This document shows, piece after piece, positions 21,165 through 31,982 of a stretch of DNA of 64,000 nt. Under the pieces are notes generated by a model. The model was given only the letters and a program-made list of their open reading frames with translations. It was not told the DNA's origin and made no database searches. The translations under genes were made by a program, and so were the position numbers. Source of the stretch: a virus (Duplodnaviria; Caudoviricetes); IMG/VR virus record IMGVR_UViG_3300033073_001045, positions 32,001-96,000 of that record; one strand, written 5' to 3'. Numbering within the stretch: the stretch's first letter is position 1; each line of letters opens with the position of its first letter.

Positions 21165-21952
21165 AGTGCTCCTCCAAATGATGTTGTTAATGCTGCCTCT
21201 GCTTGAAGCCTTACTGCATTTGCAGAGAATGAATATTTAACTTTCTTTATATCTGATGGCAACTTCATAGCCTTTACCATCTTTGAATTAAATATAGACT
21301 GAAAGCCAGAATTTTTAATTGCAGAGCTTACAAGCGGTCCAGAAAAATATTGACTATATGCCAATACAAATTGGTTTCTGGATGCTGTTCCGCCTGGTCT
21401 TTTTACCATGACAGAAGATCCTTTTGGCATGAATACTGGGATACCATCTATTTCAAATACAAGTCTTTCTGCAGACTTTGGTCTAATTACAATAGGCATT
21501 CCTTCTTCCATAACTGAAGCCTTATTGGCAAAAATATATTTCTTTCTTTGCTTTTTATTTTTTGATGGCACGGATGTCTTTGATAGCTTGTACTCAAAAT
21601 CTAATTTAAATGAAAGTCCTGGACCGTCTAGCTGTCTTAACTTAAAAAGTCTTGCTTTTTGATCACCAGTTTTATTCCACTCATAAACATGATGAAGAGA
21701 CTTTGGCTTTATTCTTGCCTTTGAGTCTACATACTCACCGAACTCCTTATCTATCTGAGTAAATATTGTTTTCTTAAATAGTCTTTGAAATGCAGCATTT
21801 GCTTCTAGCTTAGCAAGGACATTTGATTGGTAATATAGGAATGCAGATATCTGTGCAACACTACTATCTTTTATTACTCCAGAAGACTTTGCTCCGACCA
21901 TCAGTCTTTCAAGACCGCTGGCAGCTTGAAGGAGAGCTACGTTAGATTCCAA
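21161..21952 (-). CDS. neck/tail completion-like virion protein
   Basis: Basic 263-aa ORF in the head-tail joining cluster (LHHVYEW motif). Confidence 0.5.
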   Translation of the reverse strand: MESNVALLQAASGLERLMVGAKSSGVIKDSSVAQISAFLYYQSNVLAKLEANAAFQRLFKKTIFTQIDKEFGEYVDSKARIKPKSLHHVYEWNKTGDQKARLFKLRQLDGPGLSFKLDFEYKLSKTSVPSKNKKQRKKYIFANKASVMEEGMPIVIRPKSAERLVFEIDGIPVFMPKGSSVMVKRPGGTASRNQFVLAYSQYFSGPLVSSAIKNSGFQSIFNSKMVKAMKLPSDIKKVKYSFSANAVRLQAEAALTTSFGGAL

Positions 21953-22370
21953 TTTGCTGATTCTCCGACCTAAAGGCTATAGAGTTATAAGCCAATATAT
22001 TTCCGAATGGATCTGTAATAGGTGTAGAGCTAGCTATCTCAAAAACAGTTGGTGTCTGTGTAGGCCAATTTAATTCTTTCCAAATAACATTGCCAGAAGA
22101 ATCTCTAATGTTAGTGACCTTTTCTCTGTATGTTATTTGCTCAGATGTCCTAATTTCAATTACTTGCTCATTTGAATACTTTGAACCCATGCTTTGTTTA
22201 TCTCCAGATCGTGCAGTAGATGACTTTGAGATAGTTCCTGTGGCTGTGCATGGCATAGTTTTTGAATACGACCACTGTTTCTTTATGGCCCCAGTAAGCT
22301 CGTCTTGCTCATCCTCTTGAACATATATGTCAAGATCCATGGTCATTAATGAATCTACTAGGCCGTTCAT
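21942..22370 (-). CDS. head closure/stopper protein
   Basis: 142 aa, beta-rich, follows the adaptor. Confidence 0.6.
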   Translation of the reverse strand: MNGLVDSLMTMDLDIYVQEDEQDELTGAIKKQWSYSKTMPCTATGTISKSSTARSGDKQSMGSKYSNEQVIEIRTSEQITYREKVTNIRDSSGNVIWKELNWPTQTPTVFEIASSTPITDPFGNILAYNSIAFRSENQQIGI

Positions 22371-22371
22371 A

Positions 22372-23358
22372 TTATATAACTACCATTGAATTTATGACAT
22401 AAGGGTAAAGTAACTGATCGGCGTAAGCATTTCCAGTTCCTTTATATGCATCTGATGCATATTCAAACTGCCAATCAAATGTCTTAATTGTCTTAAGATA
22501 TTTGTTTGTCCAAATTCTATCTTTAGAGAAATAGTCTCCTATTAATTGAATAGCGGCTTGTTCTACATTGTCTGGGACTTCAGCCCAACCAAACTTACCC
22601 TGAACTCTGTATTTAACATCTTTAATAAAAGCTCCATTATATGAGTCATTAATTGATGGTGGTACCATTCCATTTGCTGTATATACGCTATTGTCTAGCG
22701 AGTTAGCTCTATCTACTCTTAATCCAAATCCAGTCTCAGAAACAATAGGTGCAAACATCCAATTATTTATACTATTAATATTGTCTATCAGTAGAATATC
22801 ATTTGCGTACAATTCATGTATTCTGTCTATTTTAAATGGCAGTGGCAGTATATCTGATCCAGACCCAATAACTGTTTCTGTACCATCGTATAAATAAAAG
22901 CGTTGCCCAGTGTAATTCTCAATTACTTTTCTGGCAAACTTTTCAGCCATTATTAATTCATGATAGCTCTTATACATTGGGTCTGATTGATCTGTGCCAA
23001 GACCAAGGTCTTGAACGACTTCAGCTAAAGAAGCATATGGTGTCACTACATCTACAAATGTTTCATGAAGAATTTCGTTAGAATCTACAGAGTATTTCCA
23101 AATTAGCTTTAAATTTTTGTTTCTACTTGTTAAAGCATATGGTATATTGATTTGGTATGAACCATAATCAACCTCTGATTTGTATGCTACTAAATCTTCT
23201 TCAACTGGCACTAGTGGACTAATTGATGGGACGATTGCTGGGTCCTGTGTTATATCATAAATATCAACCAGAACATCGCTATCGGCATCGACTATTGTCC
23301 CGCCCCAAAATATTTTTGTTGATGCTGGGGCGCTACTATTTTTATATACTTCTGCCAT
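22372..23358 (-). CDS. head-to-tail adaptor
   Basis: A...IENYTGQRF and G.FGWAEVPDNVEQAA.L motifs typical of gp6/gp15-like adaptors. Confidence 0.75.
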   Translation of the reverse strand: MAEVYKNSSAPASTKIFWGGTIVDADSDVLVDIYDITQDPAIVPSISPLVPVEEDLVAYKSEVDYGSYQINIPYALTSRNKNLKLIWKYSVDSNEILHETFVDVVTPYASLAEVVQDLGLGTDQSDPMYKSYHELIMAEKFARKVIENYTGQRFYLYDGTETVIGSGSDILPLPFKIDRIHELYANDILLIDNINSINNWMFAPIVSETGFGLRVDRANSLDNSVYTANGMVPPSINDSYNGAFIKDVKYRVQGKFGWAEVPDNVEQAAIQLIGDYFSKDRIWTNKYLKTIKTFDWQFEYASDAYKGTGNAYADQLLYPYVINSMVVI

Positions 23359-23373
23359 TTATAATGTTAACGC

Positions 23374-23769
23374 TTAGTGATAGAAGTCTTGAACTTCCTT
23401 TGGTGTCGCTAAACGAAAACCCTCCTCTTTATCAAAGATTTTCTGAGCATCTTCTTCTGACATTGCTACAAACGGGTGATCCTTTGTAAATGTATGTTTT
23501 AGGATATCGTATCTAGCATTTGCTCTTGTCATTCTTACGAGTACTGAGTCTTTAAGATCAACAGACTTTGGATCAAACTTTGGAAGTATTTCAATTTCTT
23601 CTGTATTGTCTTCTATATCCTGCATTGTCTTTTGATATACAGACCATGTTACGCCTTCTTCTGAAAGAGCGGCAATAATGTCTTTCTTACTTTTTAGACC
23701 TTCTGTATCAACAGCAAATTCTGTTGCAATAGCTCTTAGTTCTGCTACCTTTAATGTGTCAAACGACAT
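23374..23769 (-). CDS. hypothetical protein with N-terminal HeH/Rho-N-like motif
   Basis: LKVAELRAIA...GLKSKKDII.AL. Confidence 0.6.
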   Translation of the reverse strand: MSFDTLKVAELRAIATEFAVDTEGLKSKKDIIAALSEEGVTWSVYQKTMQDIEDNTEEIEILPKFDPKSVDLKDSVLVRMTRANARYDILKHTFTKDHPFVAMSEEDAQKIFDKEEGFRLATPKEVQDFYH

Positions 23770-23820
23770 ATTATTTTCTCCTTTTTCTAGGTTCTTTAAT
23801 TATAGCATTGTTAAATTTAA

Positions 23821-23849
23821 ATGAAAAGCCCCCAAAATTAATTGGGGGC
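23821..23849 (-). terminator. intrinsic terminator after major capsid gene
   Basis: GCCCCCAA-ttaatt-TTGGGGGC followed by TTTTCAT. Confidence 0.8.
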
Positions 23850-23875
23850 CTTTCGGTAGTTTAATTCTTAATTAA

Positions 23876-24925
23876 TTAAGAAGCAACCTTAACGTTCTTT
23901 ACGACTACCCAAGCATCTGCTTGCTCGATTTGAACACCAACACGAGTATACATTGTGTACTCGATTGAGTCCTTGCGAGGCCAGAAGAAGCGGTAAACAG
24001 TTACGTCACGCTTGATACCAATAACTACGTTATTTGGGAATGTCAAGTGAACATCACCGTGTGAGCCTGTTGCGCCATCGTAATCACCTGTTTGTGTCTC
24101 AGGAAGAAGTGGAACTTCAACGATTGGAATACCGAATGCATATGGAGCAACGTATCCTGCTGGTCCACCAAGAACTGGAACGTCGCCACGAATGATACCT
24201 GAAGCGATATCCTGTGGTGTTACGTTCTGAATGTTCTGTGAGTTTGAGTACAAGTAGTCTTGGATAAGATTTGATCCAGACAAGAAGCGAAGGTCTGTAC
24301 GACGCTGCTTGTACTTACGAGGCAAAGCCTTGAGAGCAGAGTTGAATACTGCACGATTTAGGCCCTGACCTTCTGCGTCAACAACGTGACCATAAGTCTT
24401 TGCCTTCTTTACAGCGCCATCAAATGACTTGTAAAGTGCGTCTCCTGTAAGAGAAGAGTCACCATTAAGAATAACATCTTCGATGTCATTTCCTGCTTGT
24501 GTTGCCATCATACGTGCAATATGATCTTCAAGATCTGCACCTTCGATGTTATCTTCTAGAGATTCAGTTGAAAGCTCCCAGTCCATGCGAAGCTTCTTTG
24601 TTGTGAGAGAGATCTTAGAGAATGTTACTCCGCTGTTAGTTGCGGTATTCTCGCCTTCTGATGCAAGCTTTACAAGCTTCTCACCAATAGACATACGATC
24701 AATTTCAGTTGTATCAGCTTTCATACGGACCGTACGTGCAACCTTACCAATTACGGTAGCGTCGAACATATAATCTAGAAATCTAGCTGATTGTTCTGGG
24801 TTAAGGAGACCACCATTTCCATTTTCGGAAGCTGTGTGTACTCCTGCACCACCAGTTGAAGAGCCAAAGCCAGTTGATACTGTTGTACCTGCTGCTGCGG
24901 CCTTTTCTAATAGTTCATTACTCAT
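23876..24925 (-). CDS. major capsid protein (HK97 fold)
   Basis: 349 aa; GGLLNPEQ..RF, ESLEDNIEG and LNGD motifs; strong codon bias; follows the protease. Confidence 0.9.
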   Translation of the reverse strand: MSNELLEKAAAAGTTVSTGFGSSTGGAGVHTASENGNGGLLNPEQSARFLDYMFDATVIGKVARTVRMKADTTEIDRMSIGEKLVKLASEGENTATNSGVTFSKISLTTKKLRMDWELSTESLEDNIEGADLEDHIARMMATQAGNDIEDVILNGDSSLTGDALYKSFDGAVKKAKTYGHVVDAEGQGLNRAVFNSALKALPRKYKQRRTDLRFLSGSNLIQDYLYSNSQNIQNVTPQDIASGIIRGDVPVLGGPAGYVAPYAFGIPIVEVPLLPETQTGDYDGATGSHGDVHLTFPNNVVIGIKRDVTVYRFFWPRKDSIEYTMYTRVGVQIEQADAWVVVKNVKVAS

Positions 24926-24942
24926 TTTTTTTTCACCTACCC

Positions 24943-26352
24943 TTAGTTTGAAAAGATTTCATTTACGGAACCGAGGAAAGAACCGTTCCATTTTGATTTT
25001 GATTGTCTTGCTATTCCTTCTGATCGGCCAAGATCTGAGGACTTCTTAATTGCTGTATCGCCTTCTACGGCATCTACACGCTTTTGAACACTATCAATAG
25101 TGCCCTTTATTTCTGACACAGCTGCACTAAGTGCGCTATGCTTTTCTGCCAACTCTGTAATTTGGCCATTGATGCTCTTGCTGAATGACTCTACAGTTTC
25201 TTTTATTTCTGAAACCTGTGCAGCATTAGCTTCTGTAGCCTTTACTAGAGTCTCCGAGAAAAATCCCTTAAGGTCGCCCAACATTTTTGCAAAATCAGGT
25301 TCATCAACCGTGACTTCTTTTGTTTCGGCTGCTTTTTCAACGGAGTCGGCAGGAGTTGTTTCGACTGATGCTGGTGCATCTTCTGAAACTACATCAGACT
25401 TTTCAATAGCTACTTCTGCTTCAGATACAACATCTTCTGCTTCTGTAACGACTGAATCTTCAGCAACTTCAACAGCTGCTTCAACGACTGATTCTGGTAC
25501 AGCTGTTTCAACTGGAGCTTCGACTATTGCCTCTGCTTCTTTGTTAACATTAAGCTTTTCCATCTCATTACCTCCTTCTGCGTTTGCCTGTTTTGCAATT
25601 GTTTGTGTTTCAGGCAACGTCAATCTTGACTTCTTAAATGAATCAAGAATTTTATCTATTTCTTTTGATTTAGATGCGTCTGAACTTTCTACCCATCCAA
25701 TTAATGTAGCTGGTTTACCAGATACTGGTGACTCAAATGTTTTTTCTGTCGACATAAAAACAGAATCACTTTCTTCGCAATAAAAAATATTTTCTGTAAC
25801 AACTTCTGTAGCCATTCCCTTGTATACAACTTGTCCGTTCATCTTTTCAATAGAAAAAATATTACATAGCTGGTTTGCTGGTGAGTCTACAATTGATAGC
25901 TCTATGAGTTCATAATTTTTAATAAATCTTACTTGCTCGCCTGTAGATTTATTAATTTCGTTGTCTGCTTCTAAAATCTTTCCGCCTATTGAAAATCCTG
26001 ATAGCGTTCCATCGAGAACTTTTTCCCATGTATCTTGTGCGCCTTTTGAAATATATGATGTAACATAAACTCCATTATAAAACTCTTTTGTTTTTTGATC
26101 ATAATAAGTTTCTGGTCTAAAAGAAACTACCTTGCCAACTGCAAGTGGCTGATGCATCTCACGAAGATTTCCTCTAAACGATTCAAACGCCTTCATGCTT
26201 GCTTCTGCTGTAACAACATCGCCAGTTTGATCTACGTTGTCTAGTGTCGCAAAACCAGATACAGTTCTCTGTTCACGATTTACTTTCGTGAATGGTACTG
26301 ATAGGTGTACGTTGTCGCCATTACTGGACCACAGGGCCTTTTCAATGTTCAT
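24943..26352 (-). CDS. prohead protease fused to acidic scaffold
   Basis: VSGFAT..NVD..GD, REMH, GFSIGG and ELSIVDSPAN motifs; Glu/Ala-rich coiled C-terminus. Confidence 0.9.
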   Translation of the reverse strand: MNIEKALWSSNGDNVHLSVPFTKVNREQRTVSGFATLDNVDQTGDVVTAEASMKAFESFRGNLREMHQPLAVGKVVSFRPETYYDQKTKEFYNGVYVTSYISKGAQDTWEKVLDGTLSGFSIGGKILEADNEINKSTGEQVRFIKNYELIELSIVDSPANQLCNIFSIEKMNGQVVYKGMATEVVTENIFYCEESDSVFMSTEKTFESPVSGKPATLIGWVESSDASKSKEIDKILDSFKKSRLTLPETQTIAKQANAEGGNEMEKLNVNKEAEAIVEAPVETAVPESVVEAAVEVAEDSVVTEAEDVVSEAEVAIEKSDVVSEDAPASVETTPADSVEKAAETKEVTVDEPDFAKMLGDLKGFFSETLVKATEANAAQVSEIKETVESFSKSINGQITELAEKHSALSAAVSEIKGTIDSVQKRVDAVEGDTAIKKSSDLGRSEGIARQSKSKWNGSFLGSVNEIFSN

Positions 26353-26405
26353 ATGGTTAATTTTATATTGTTATTTACTATAACGCAAATAGCAGTTGAT
26401 TAAAC

Positions 26406-27992
26406 TTATTTGACTTTTGGACCATCGCCTTTTGCATTTCGGCCTTCCCCATTTTTATCTGGGGCATTTTTAGCACGTTCCTGGTCTCTTGATCTATTCC
26501 CAGTAGACTTGGCATTTTGATCTGCTGCCTGCTGAGGCTTTAATTCTACTACTTCGTCTCCCCCATCAATAGGAACCATATTTTTTCTAATTCGAACTTC
26601 GTTTGGAGTTATGACCTGCATTCTCAAGTAAATTTCATCAATTTGGCTTTGAGTAATTTCATCAGTAAGGCTGAGTTCATTGAATTTTAATTCAACAACA
26701 TCTGTCTTTTCTGCAATTAAATAATTAAGCTTTTTCTCAAGTCTATCCTGAGCTGGACGACAAACTTGCTCTTTAAATGTTTTATCAGCATCACGAGCAA
26801 CTGCTAGATTTACACCCTCTGGCGTTCCAATTTTATTAATTGGGACACGGTGGGCCAAAAGGATTTCATCTCTATTTGTTTTACGATAAATATTAAATGA
26901 TGACTCCTGCTCTCCTGCCTCAATTGGCTCCATCTTAAATTCAGTCTTTGAGTCTGGTGTGTCTGCTGGAAGAGGAATATATAGAGATCTGTGATTCTTT
27001 CCTTTAAGTCCAACCTGGAAAAATTCTAGAAGCTTTCTTTCTGATTCTGGTGAAAGTTTTGCTCCCTTAACTGTAATAATATATCTTGGTACCGCTTTAT
27101 TTTCAAAGTAGTCAAGGTTATATCTTCCAGCAAATTCATTACCAGCTAGCGCTTGCTGAGCAGCAATAATATCTGGAACACCATAGTAGTTATTCATTGG
27201 TGTATATTTCTTCAAATGAATAATCTCATTTGGTCGATCTTCTTGTCCAGCAATTGGGCTTGGCGTTTCCATATCGCCAAAGTTTCTAAAGAAAACAGCC
27301 TTGCCGTAAAGAAGTTGTATGAAACCATCACGCAATCTTCTTACACGCATTGTCTTGGCTGGTATATGACCAATGTAGCCGATATCTCCAGCAACTGTAC
27401 GACCAATCTCAATGTAACCATTACCAGTCGCCTCAAGGTCTGTATAGGCCTTTATGAGGGTCTCTGTAAAAGACTCTTCTTCGTTGCAATCATCTAGCCA
27501 TAAATCAAGCTGTGTTTTAATTCTATTAATCTTTGCACGTGCTCTATCTAATTGTTTTTGATCAGTAATAGCATCCATTGCATCTTTTGTTTTTGGAGTT
27601 TCTGTAAATGTATATCCAAGACCAACAATATTTGAAACTTTTGCATTAATTGCAGCATAATTATATGTTGATATTTCATAAATCTTTGAAAGATATTCAA
27701 GGTTATAAGTTGGCTCGACAAGATCAAATAACGCATATCCGCTGATAGCTTGCTGCATTAGATTTTGCTGTGTGCCTACTCCAGAGGTACCAACAAAAGA
27801 TTTTGAAAAATCTCTATTTACCTTGCGTCTAAATGTTGATCCAAGCCCACTTAATTTTTTAATTTCTTCTAGGCCAATATTAAATGGATCTTCATGCTCT
27901 GCTTCTTTTTTAAAAGAAAACCAATCTGCAGAATTAGATATATCTATTGTATTTGAGTCTTCTGACTCATCTTCTATAAATTCAGCTCTCAT
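26406..27992 (-). CDS. portal protein
   Basis: GNGYIEI.R, EIIH.K, YYGVP, YFEN.A.P and ITPNEVR motifs. Confidence 0.92.
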   Translation of the reverse strand: MRAEFIEDESEDSNTIDISNSADWFSFKKEAEHEDPFNIGLEEIKKLSGLGSTFRRKVNRDFSKSFVGTSGVGTQQNLMQQAISGYALFDLVEPTYNLEYLSKIYEISTYNYAAINAKVSNIVGLGYTFTETPKTKDAMDAITDQKQLDRARAKINRIKTQLDLWLDDCNEEESFTETLIKAYTDLEATGNGYIEIGRTVAGDIGYIGHIPAKTMRVRRLRDGFIQLLYGKAVFFRNFGDMETPSPIAGQEDRPNEIIHLKKYTPMNNYYGVPDIIAAQQALAGNEFAGRYNLDYFENKAVPRYIITVKGAKLSPESERKLLEFFQVGLKGKNHRSLYIPLPADTPDSKTEFKMEPIEAGEQESSFNIYRKTNRDEILLAHRVPINKIGTPEGVNLAVARDADKTFKEQVCRPAQDRLEKKLNYLIAEKTDVVELKFNELSLTDEITQSQIDEIYLRMQVITPNEVRIRKNMVPIDGGDEVVELKPQQAADQNAKSTGNRSRDQERAKNAPDKNGEGRNAKGDGPKVK

Positions 27993-28327
27993 TGAACTTT
28001 TCCATTTCTTAAAATTGAATCTTTATAGACGCCAATATCTAACGGATCTGGTGTAAGACCCCACTTAAGCCTTTCATTTTGATGTTCAAACTCTTCATCA
28101 TCAATTTTGCGTCTTCCTGCTAAAAACTTAGGTTGTCCTACATCTATTCCATACGAACGGACTTCTCTTGCAAGTGCGTCAATTCTAGAACGATTGCCTT
28201 TCTTTGAAGTTATCGATAAGAAATTTCCATCGTCATCACCAATCCATCTTCCATCTGGCATTTCCCAGACATATATTCCAAGGGTTGTTTCCTCGATGAT
28301 CTGACTTTTCTGATTCAATATGTTCAT
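27989..28327 (-). CDS. hypothetical protein upstream of portal
   Basis: 112 aa, coupled to the portal; own extended -10 promoter. Confidence 0.75.
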   Translation of the reverse strand: MNILNQKSQIIEETTLGIYVWEMPDGRWIGDDDGNFLSITSKKGNRSRIDALAREVRSYGIDVGQPKFLAGRRKIDDEEFEHQNERLKWGLTPDPLDIGVYKDSILRNGKVQ

Positions 28328-28392
28328 ATAGTACTAATTCTACCATTCTTTAATATCAAAGTCCAGATTTTGTCTTAGACATTTACAATATT

Positions 28393-30204
28393 TTATATAT
28401 TTGTCCCAATAGGGTCCCTAGTTATAAGAAAAAACGGCAAATTGTCTGTTCCTGTGTTTTTTTCTACTAAAGTAATCCCTGTATCTTCTACTGATATCAT
28501 GCCCAGCCCTATATATTTGGAATAATGATTATTCACCATATCTGATGTAAGCTGATGGTCGTATATTGCCAGGTTATTGTACATTGTTCCAGTACCCCAT
28601 GACAAGCCGTCTTGACTTTCATTAATACGCATATCTGTACTTGCAGACTCATTCAAAATAATAACTACGTGGTGCTGGATCCCTTCGGCAAAAAACTCAT
28701 TTATATTTGTAGCGTCGGACACGTTTACATTATTAACATAAATGGCGTCTATTCCAGTTTTAAGTATTAGCCCAGACGAGTCCCAAGACAATGACTCATT
28801 ATTAGTCGAAAGTAGCACACATGGTCCAGAACCTGGTGTAAAAAACATTTCTACAGACATTATATTCATTTCAGAATTTATGCTAAATCCATGACCATCA
28901 TACATCCTTAATCCATTATTACTGTTGTAGGATAGCACACGAGAATTACTTTTTGGTAGACAATATTCATAATCGGAGTATATTTTATCGTTAGAGTTAT
29001 CTCCATAAAATGACTTATCAATAAAAAATAAAAATTCAATTGATCTTAGCACTGGCAAATATTTTGATGTGTCTTCTGAATTCATTCTTACTTTAATATA
29101 CATTACATCTTCAAACTGTTGATCATTTTTATTAAAAAATGGTATGGATTTTCCATTTGTACATGTAGTCCAATTTATATTATCTAAACTTACCTGAACA
29201 GATATTCCATCTGTATCACCATCCCAGTATACTTGTGAGGATGAAAGCCCAAGATAGTTTGGAATAACAACGTAGTCTGTAAAAATAAATTCTTTTGTTT
29301 GTTGATCTGTTGTTTTTTCAAAGTACAAGTACTGTTGATCTGTTGATAATTTAACGCTATCATTAGAAACATCAGACCATTTTTTTGAAATAGGATATGA
29401 ATAAGAAAATGTATGTCTCATTCTATCTATATTCATACTAAATAAATGTCCTCCATCTGGATACACTATTTGTGATGCGTCAACCGATTTTGTGCCAGCA
29501 ATGTAGTGTTTTGCTATTTGTGCTTGCGTCAGTTCTAATTTATAAAAAGCTATGCCATCTATCATAAATCTAATATCAGATTGACCAGACTTGAACGATA
29601 TACTGTTATTAGTAAATTTATAACTATTTAAAGAAAGTGAATTTTGAAGATTAGAGTTTATATATAATGAAATTTTATTTGTTGTAAATACACCAACTAC
29701 ATGAATTGCTTCTCTGAGAGAAAATGTGCTATGAATTTCATGCGATCCTACTGAAAATATAATATTACCATTTTCATAAAATATTCCTATATTATTTGAT
29801 GGGTCACCAAGAAGTGTTATTCTTGATTCAGAATGTTCTGTTATTAAAAACCATCCTTCAATACTAAATGTATTGTCTGAATAATCCTTTGAACATATGC
29901 TATTTACTGGATAATATATTAAAGTATCTGGTAAAACTTCTGTACCACGTTCCCCGCCATGATGTATAGGCATTATCTTTTTTAACGATGCATCAGTAGA
30001 AAATCCATCGTTAAAATTACCAGAAAAATCATATACTGGAAGCCCACTAATTGCAGAATATGACACTCCGTTGTCTTTAAGATCTTGGTATGTTGCATAT
30101 TTTACTGTTAGTCCACTGTATGTTCCAACATCTCCAGAAGAAACTTCATCTAATTCATAAAAAGCAATAGGTTTATCTTTAAGGACAGTATATTTGTATG
30201 ACAT
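28393..30204 (-). CDS. LamG/concanavalin-like virion protein
   Basis: FSIEGWF...HVVGVF...LYIN...IDGIAFY...LT..QI..HY; second similar domain at the C-terminus. Confidence 0.75.
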   Translation of the reverse strand: MSYKYTVLKDKPIAFYELDEVSSGDVGTYSGLTVKYATYQDLKDNGVSYSAISGLPVYDFSGNFNDGFSTDASLKKIMPIHHGGERGTEVLPDTLIYYPVNSICSKDYSDNTFSIEGWFLITEHSESRITLLGDPSNNIGIFYENGNIIFSVGSHEIHSTFSLREAIHVVGVFTTNKISLYINSNLQNSLSLNSYKFTNNSISFKSGQSDIRFMIDGIAFYKLELTQAQIAKHYIAGTKSVDASQIVYPDGGHLFSMNIDRMRHTFSYSYPISKKWSDVSNDSVKLSTDQQYLYFEKTTDQQTKEFIFTDYVVIPNYLGLSSSQVYWDGDTDGISVQVSLDNINWTTCTNGKSIPFFNKNDQQFEDVMYIKVRMNSEDTSKYLPVLRSIEFLFFIDKSFYGDNSNDKIYSDYEYCLPKSNSRVLSYNSNNGLRMYDGHGFSINSEMNIMSVEMFFTPGSGPCVLLSTNNESLSWDSSGLILKTGIDAIYVNNVNVSDATNINEFFAEGIQHHVVIILNESASTDMRINESQDGLSWGTGTMYNNLAIYDHQLTSDMVNNHYSKYIGLGMISVEDTGITLVEKNTGTDNLPFFLITRDPIGTNI

Positions 30205-30207
30205 GTC

Positions 30208-31269
30208 CTAGGCCTCTTCTAGTGCTTTAACTCTCGCTGTAAGCTCTTGTACTGCTTTAATTAATGGAGCTATAAACTCTTCATATCTTAGTGCTTGTTC
30301 TGAATTAATGTCTTCCTTATCGAGTAGAACCCATCCAGCAAAATCAACGCCAGCCTCATCAATAGCAGTTTTTACTTCTTGTGCAATTAATCCCCAGTGT
30401 GTTCTAGTTCCAGGAATAGACTGTCCATCTTCAGTAACTGAACCTTCAATAAATTTATAACTAACTGGACGAAGATCATTAATAAAATTAAGTCCTAAAG
30501 ATGAATCCTCTATGTTTGTTTTTAATCTTAAATCCGATGTATTTATTGTTCCAGTATTTGAATAGATTGTTTTCCAAAATCTATTTCCTATAACATTTAC
30601 CGTAGCATCTGGTGGCTGTCCAAGTGATATTAAATTATTAAATTGCGGGTACCAGTTTGCCGATACACCGTATGCATAGTTACCTGAGCCATCTGGAATT
30701 TTTAAGCTAATTAAATCTGTAATAGGATTAATACTTGCGTTTGCTCCAGCTGTGCCAGCTACGCCCTGTGGTCCCTGTGGTCCCTGTGGCCCTGTTGGTA
30801 TAATAAAATCTAAAAGCACATTACTAGAAGTTCCAGAATTTACTACTGAAGCATTTGATCCAGCTGCGCCAGTAGTAGTCGAATTAACTACTATTGTTGC
30901 TGCAGCATCACCTTTTGGTCCTTGAGGCCCAACTGGACCAACTGGACCAGTATCACCAGTGTCACCTTTTGGTCCCTGTGGTCCCTGTGGTCCATCGCCA
31001 CCAATTACGCCATCTACTCCCCTAGGTATTTCAAAATTTAATATTGCGGAAGAAGATGTTCCAGTATTTGTAACCTTGGCTTGTTCTGATGATGCAACCG
31101 AAGTAACCGTTCCGATACTTATTTCTGCAGCCACTCCTGGTTCACCTTGCGGACCAGGGTGTGCATCTAAATATGCATCAACATCTGCTGCTAAGTATCC
31201 AAGGTCTCTTGGAACATCTGGGGTGTCTGAATATTGCGGGTATCTGAACCCTTTCCCTGTTGTACTCAT
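30208..31269 (-). CDS. collagen-repeat fibre protein with S74-like chaperone domain
   Basis: GPQGPQGPKGDTG runs; TSDLRLKTNI...LRPVSYKF...GLIAQEV...LRYEEFIAPLIKAVQEL. Confidence 0.85.
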   Translation of the reverse strand: MSTTGKGFRYPQYSDTPDVPRDLGYLAADVDAYLDAHPGPQGEPGVAAEISIGTVTSVASSEQAKVTNTGTSSSAILNFEIPRGVDGVIGGDGPQGPQGPKGDTGDTGPVGPVGPQGPKGDAAATIVVNSTTTGAAGSNASVVNSGTSSNVLLDFIIPTGPQGPQGPQGVAGTAGANASINPITDLISLKIPDGSGNYAYGVSANWYPQFNNLISLGQPPDATVNVIGNRFWKTIYSNTGTINTSDLRLKTNIEDSSLGLNFINDLRPVSYKFIEGSVTEDGQSIPGTRTHWGLIAQEVKTAIDEAGVDFAGWVLLDKEDINSEQALRYEEFIAPLIKAVQELTARVKALEEA

Positions 31270-31301
31270 TTTTAAATTATACCACCTTGATCTTTATCAT
31301 A

Positions 31302-31982
31302 CTAGTGTCCTCCAACATGAAGAACCTGTCCAGTCAGACTGGATGAACGTTTATCCATGAGAAGTTCAACTAAATTTGCCACATCGTCTAAATCAAAAAG
31401 CCTTTGAATTATCTGACTTGATATTGCAGTTTGATCTCCATTTATAAGGTGTTTACGGGTAAGCCCAGTTATTATTGGACCTGGAGCTATACAGTTAGCC
31501 CTTATATTTGTATGCGAAAGTTGTTTTGCAAAACCCTTAGTAAAAGATTCTACTCCAGCCTTTGAAGCAGAATACATAGTTGCTTCATTGGCCATATGAG
31601 CGGCAAGACTAGATATATTTATTATTGCAGTGTGTTCTTCTGGATCCATGTTTGAAAGGAATGCCTGACATGAATTAAATACCCCATTTAGATTTGTATT
31701 AATGACATCATAAGCTTTATCTTCAAAAAAGAATCCAGCTGGTGTTGGCTCATATATGCCAGCACAATTTATTAATACGTTAACCTTTTTGCCAGCATCT
31801 AATATCTTTTTTGATATTTTGTACATCTGCTTTAAGTCACGAACATCAGCTATTTCTGTATCAAAATCTGGCTCATATTGAGGTTTATATAAAGATATTC
31901 CAAGAACATCATGGCCAGCAGAATGAAGTCTTTGCGCTATGTGCTGTCCCATGCCTGAACCAGATCCAGTTATAACTATCAT
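31302..31982 (-). CDS. short-chain dehydrogenase/reductase (FabG-like)
   Basis: TGxxxGMG, NCAG, NISS, YSASK and N.IAPG motifs. Confidence 0.92.
   Translation of the reverse strand: MIVITGSGSGMGQHIAQRLHSAGHDVLGISLYKPQYEPDFDTEIADVRDLKQMYKISKKILDAGKKVNVLINCAGIYEPTPAGFFFEDKAYDVINTNLNGVFNSCQAFLSNMDPEEHTAIINISSLAAHMANEATMYSASKAGVESFTKGFAKQLSHTNIRANCIAPGPIITGLTRKHLINGDQTAISSQIIQRLFDLDDVANLVELLMDKRSSSLTGQVLHVGGH

Noticed and set aside
11497-25783. Many plus-strand ORFs inside the tape measure, capsid and scaffold genes (e.g. 25100..25783, 227 aa)
   Set aside because: They are fully antisense to well-supported structural genes and are expected from codon bias.
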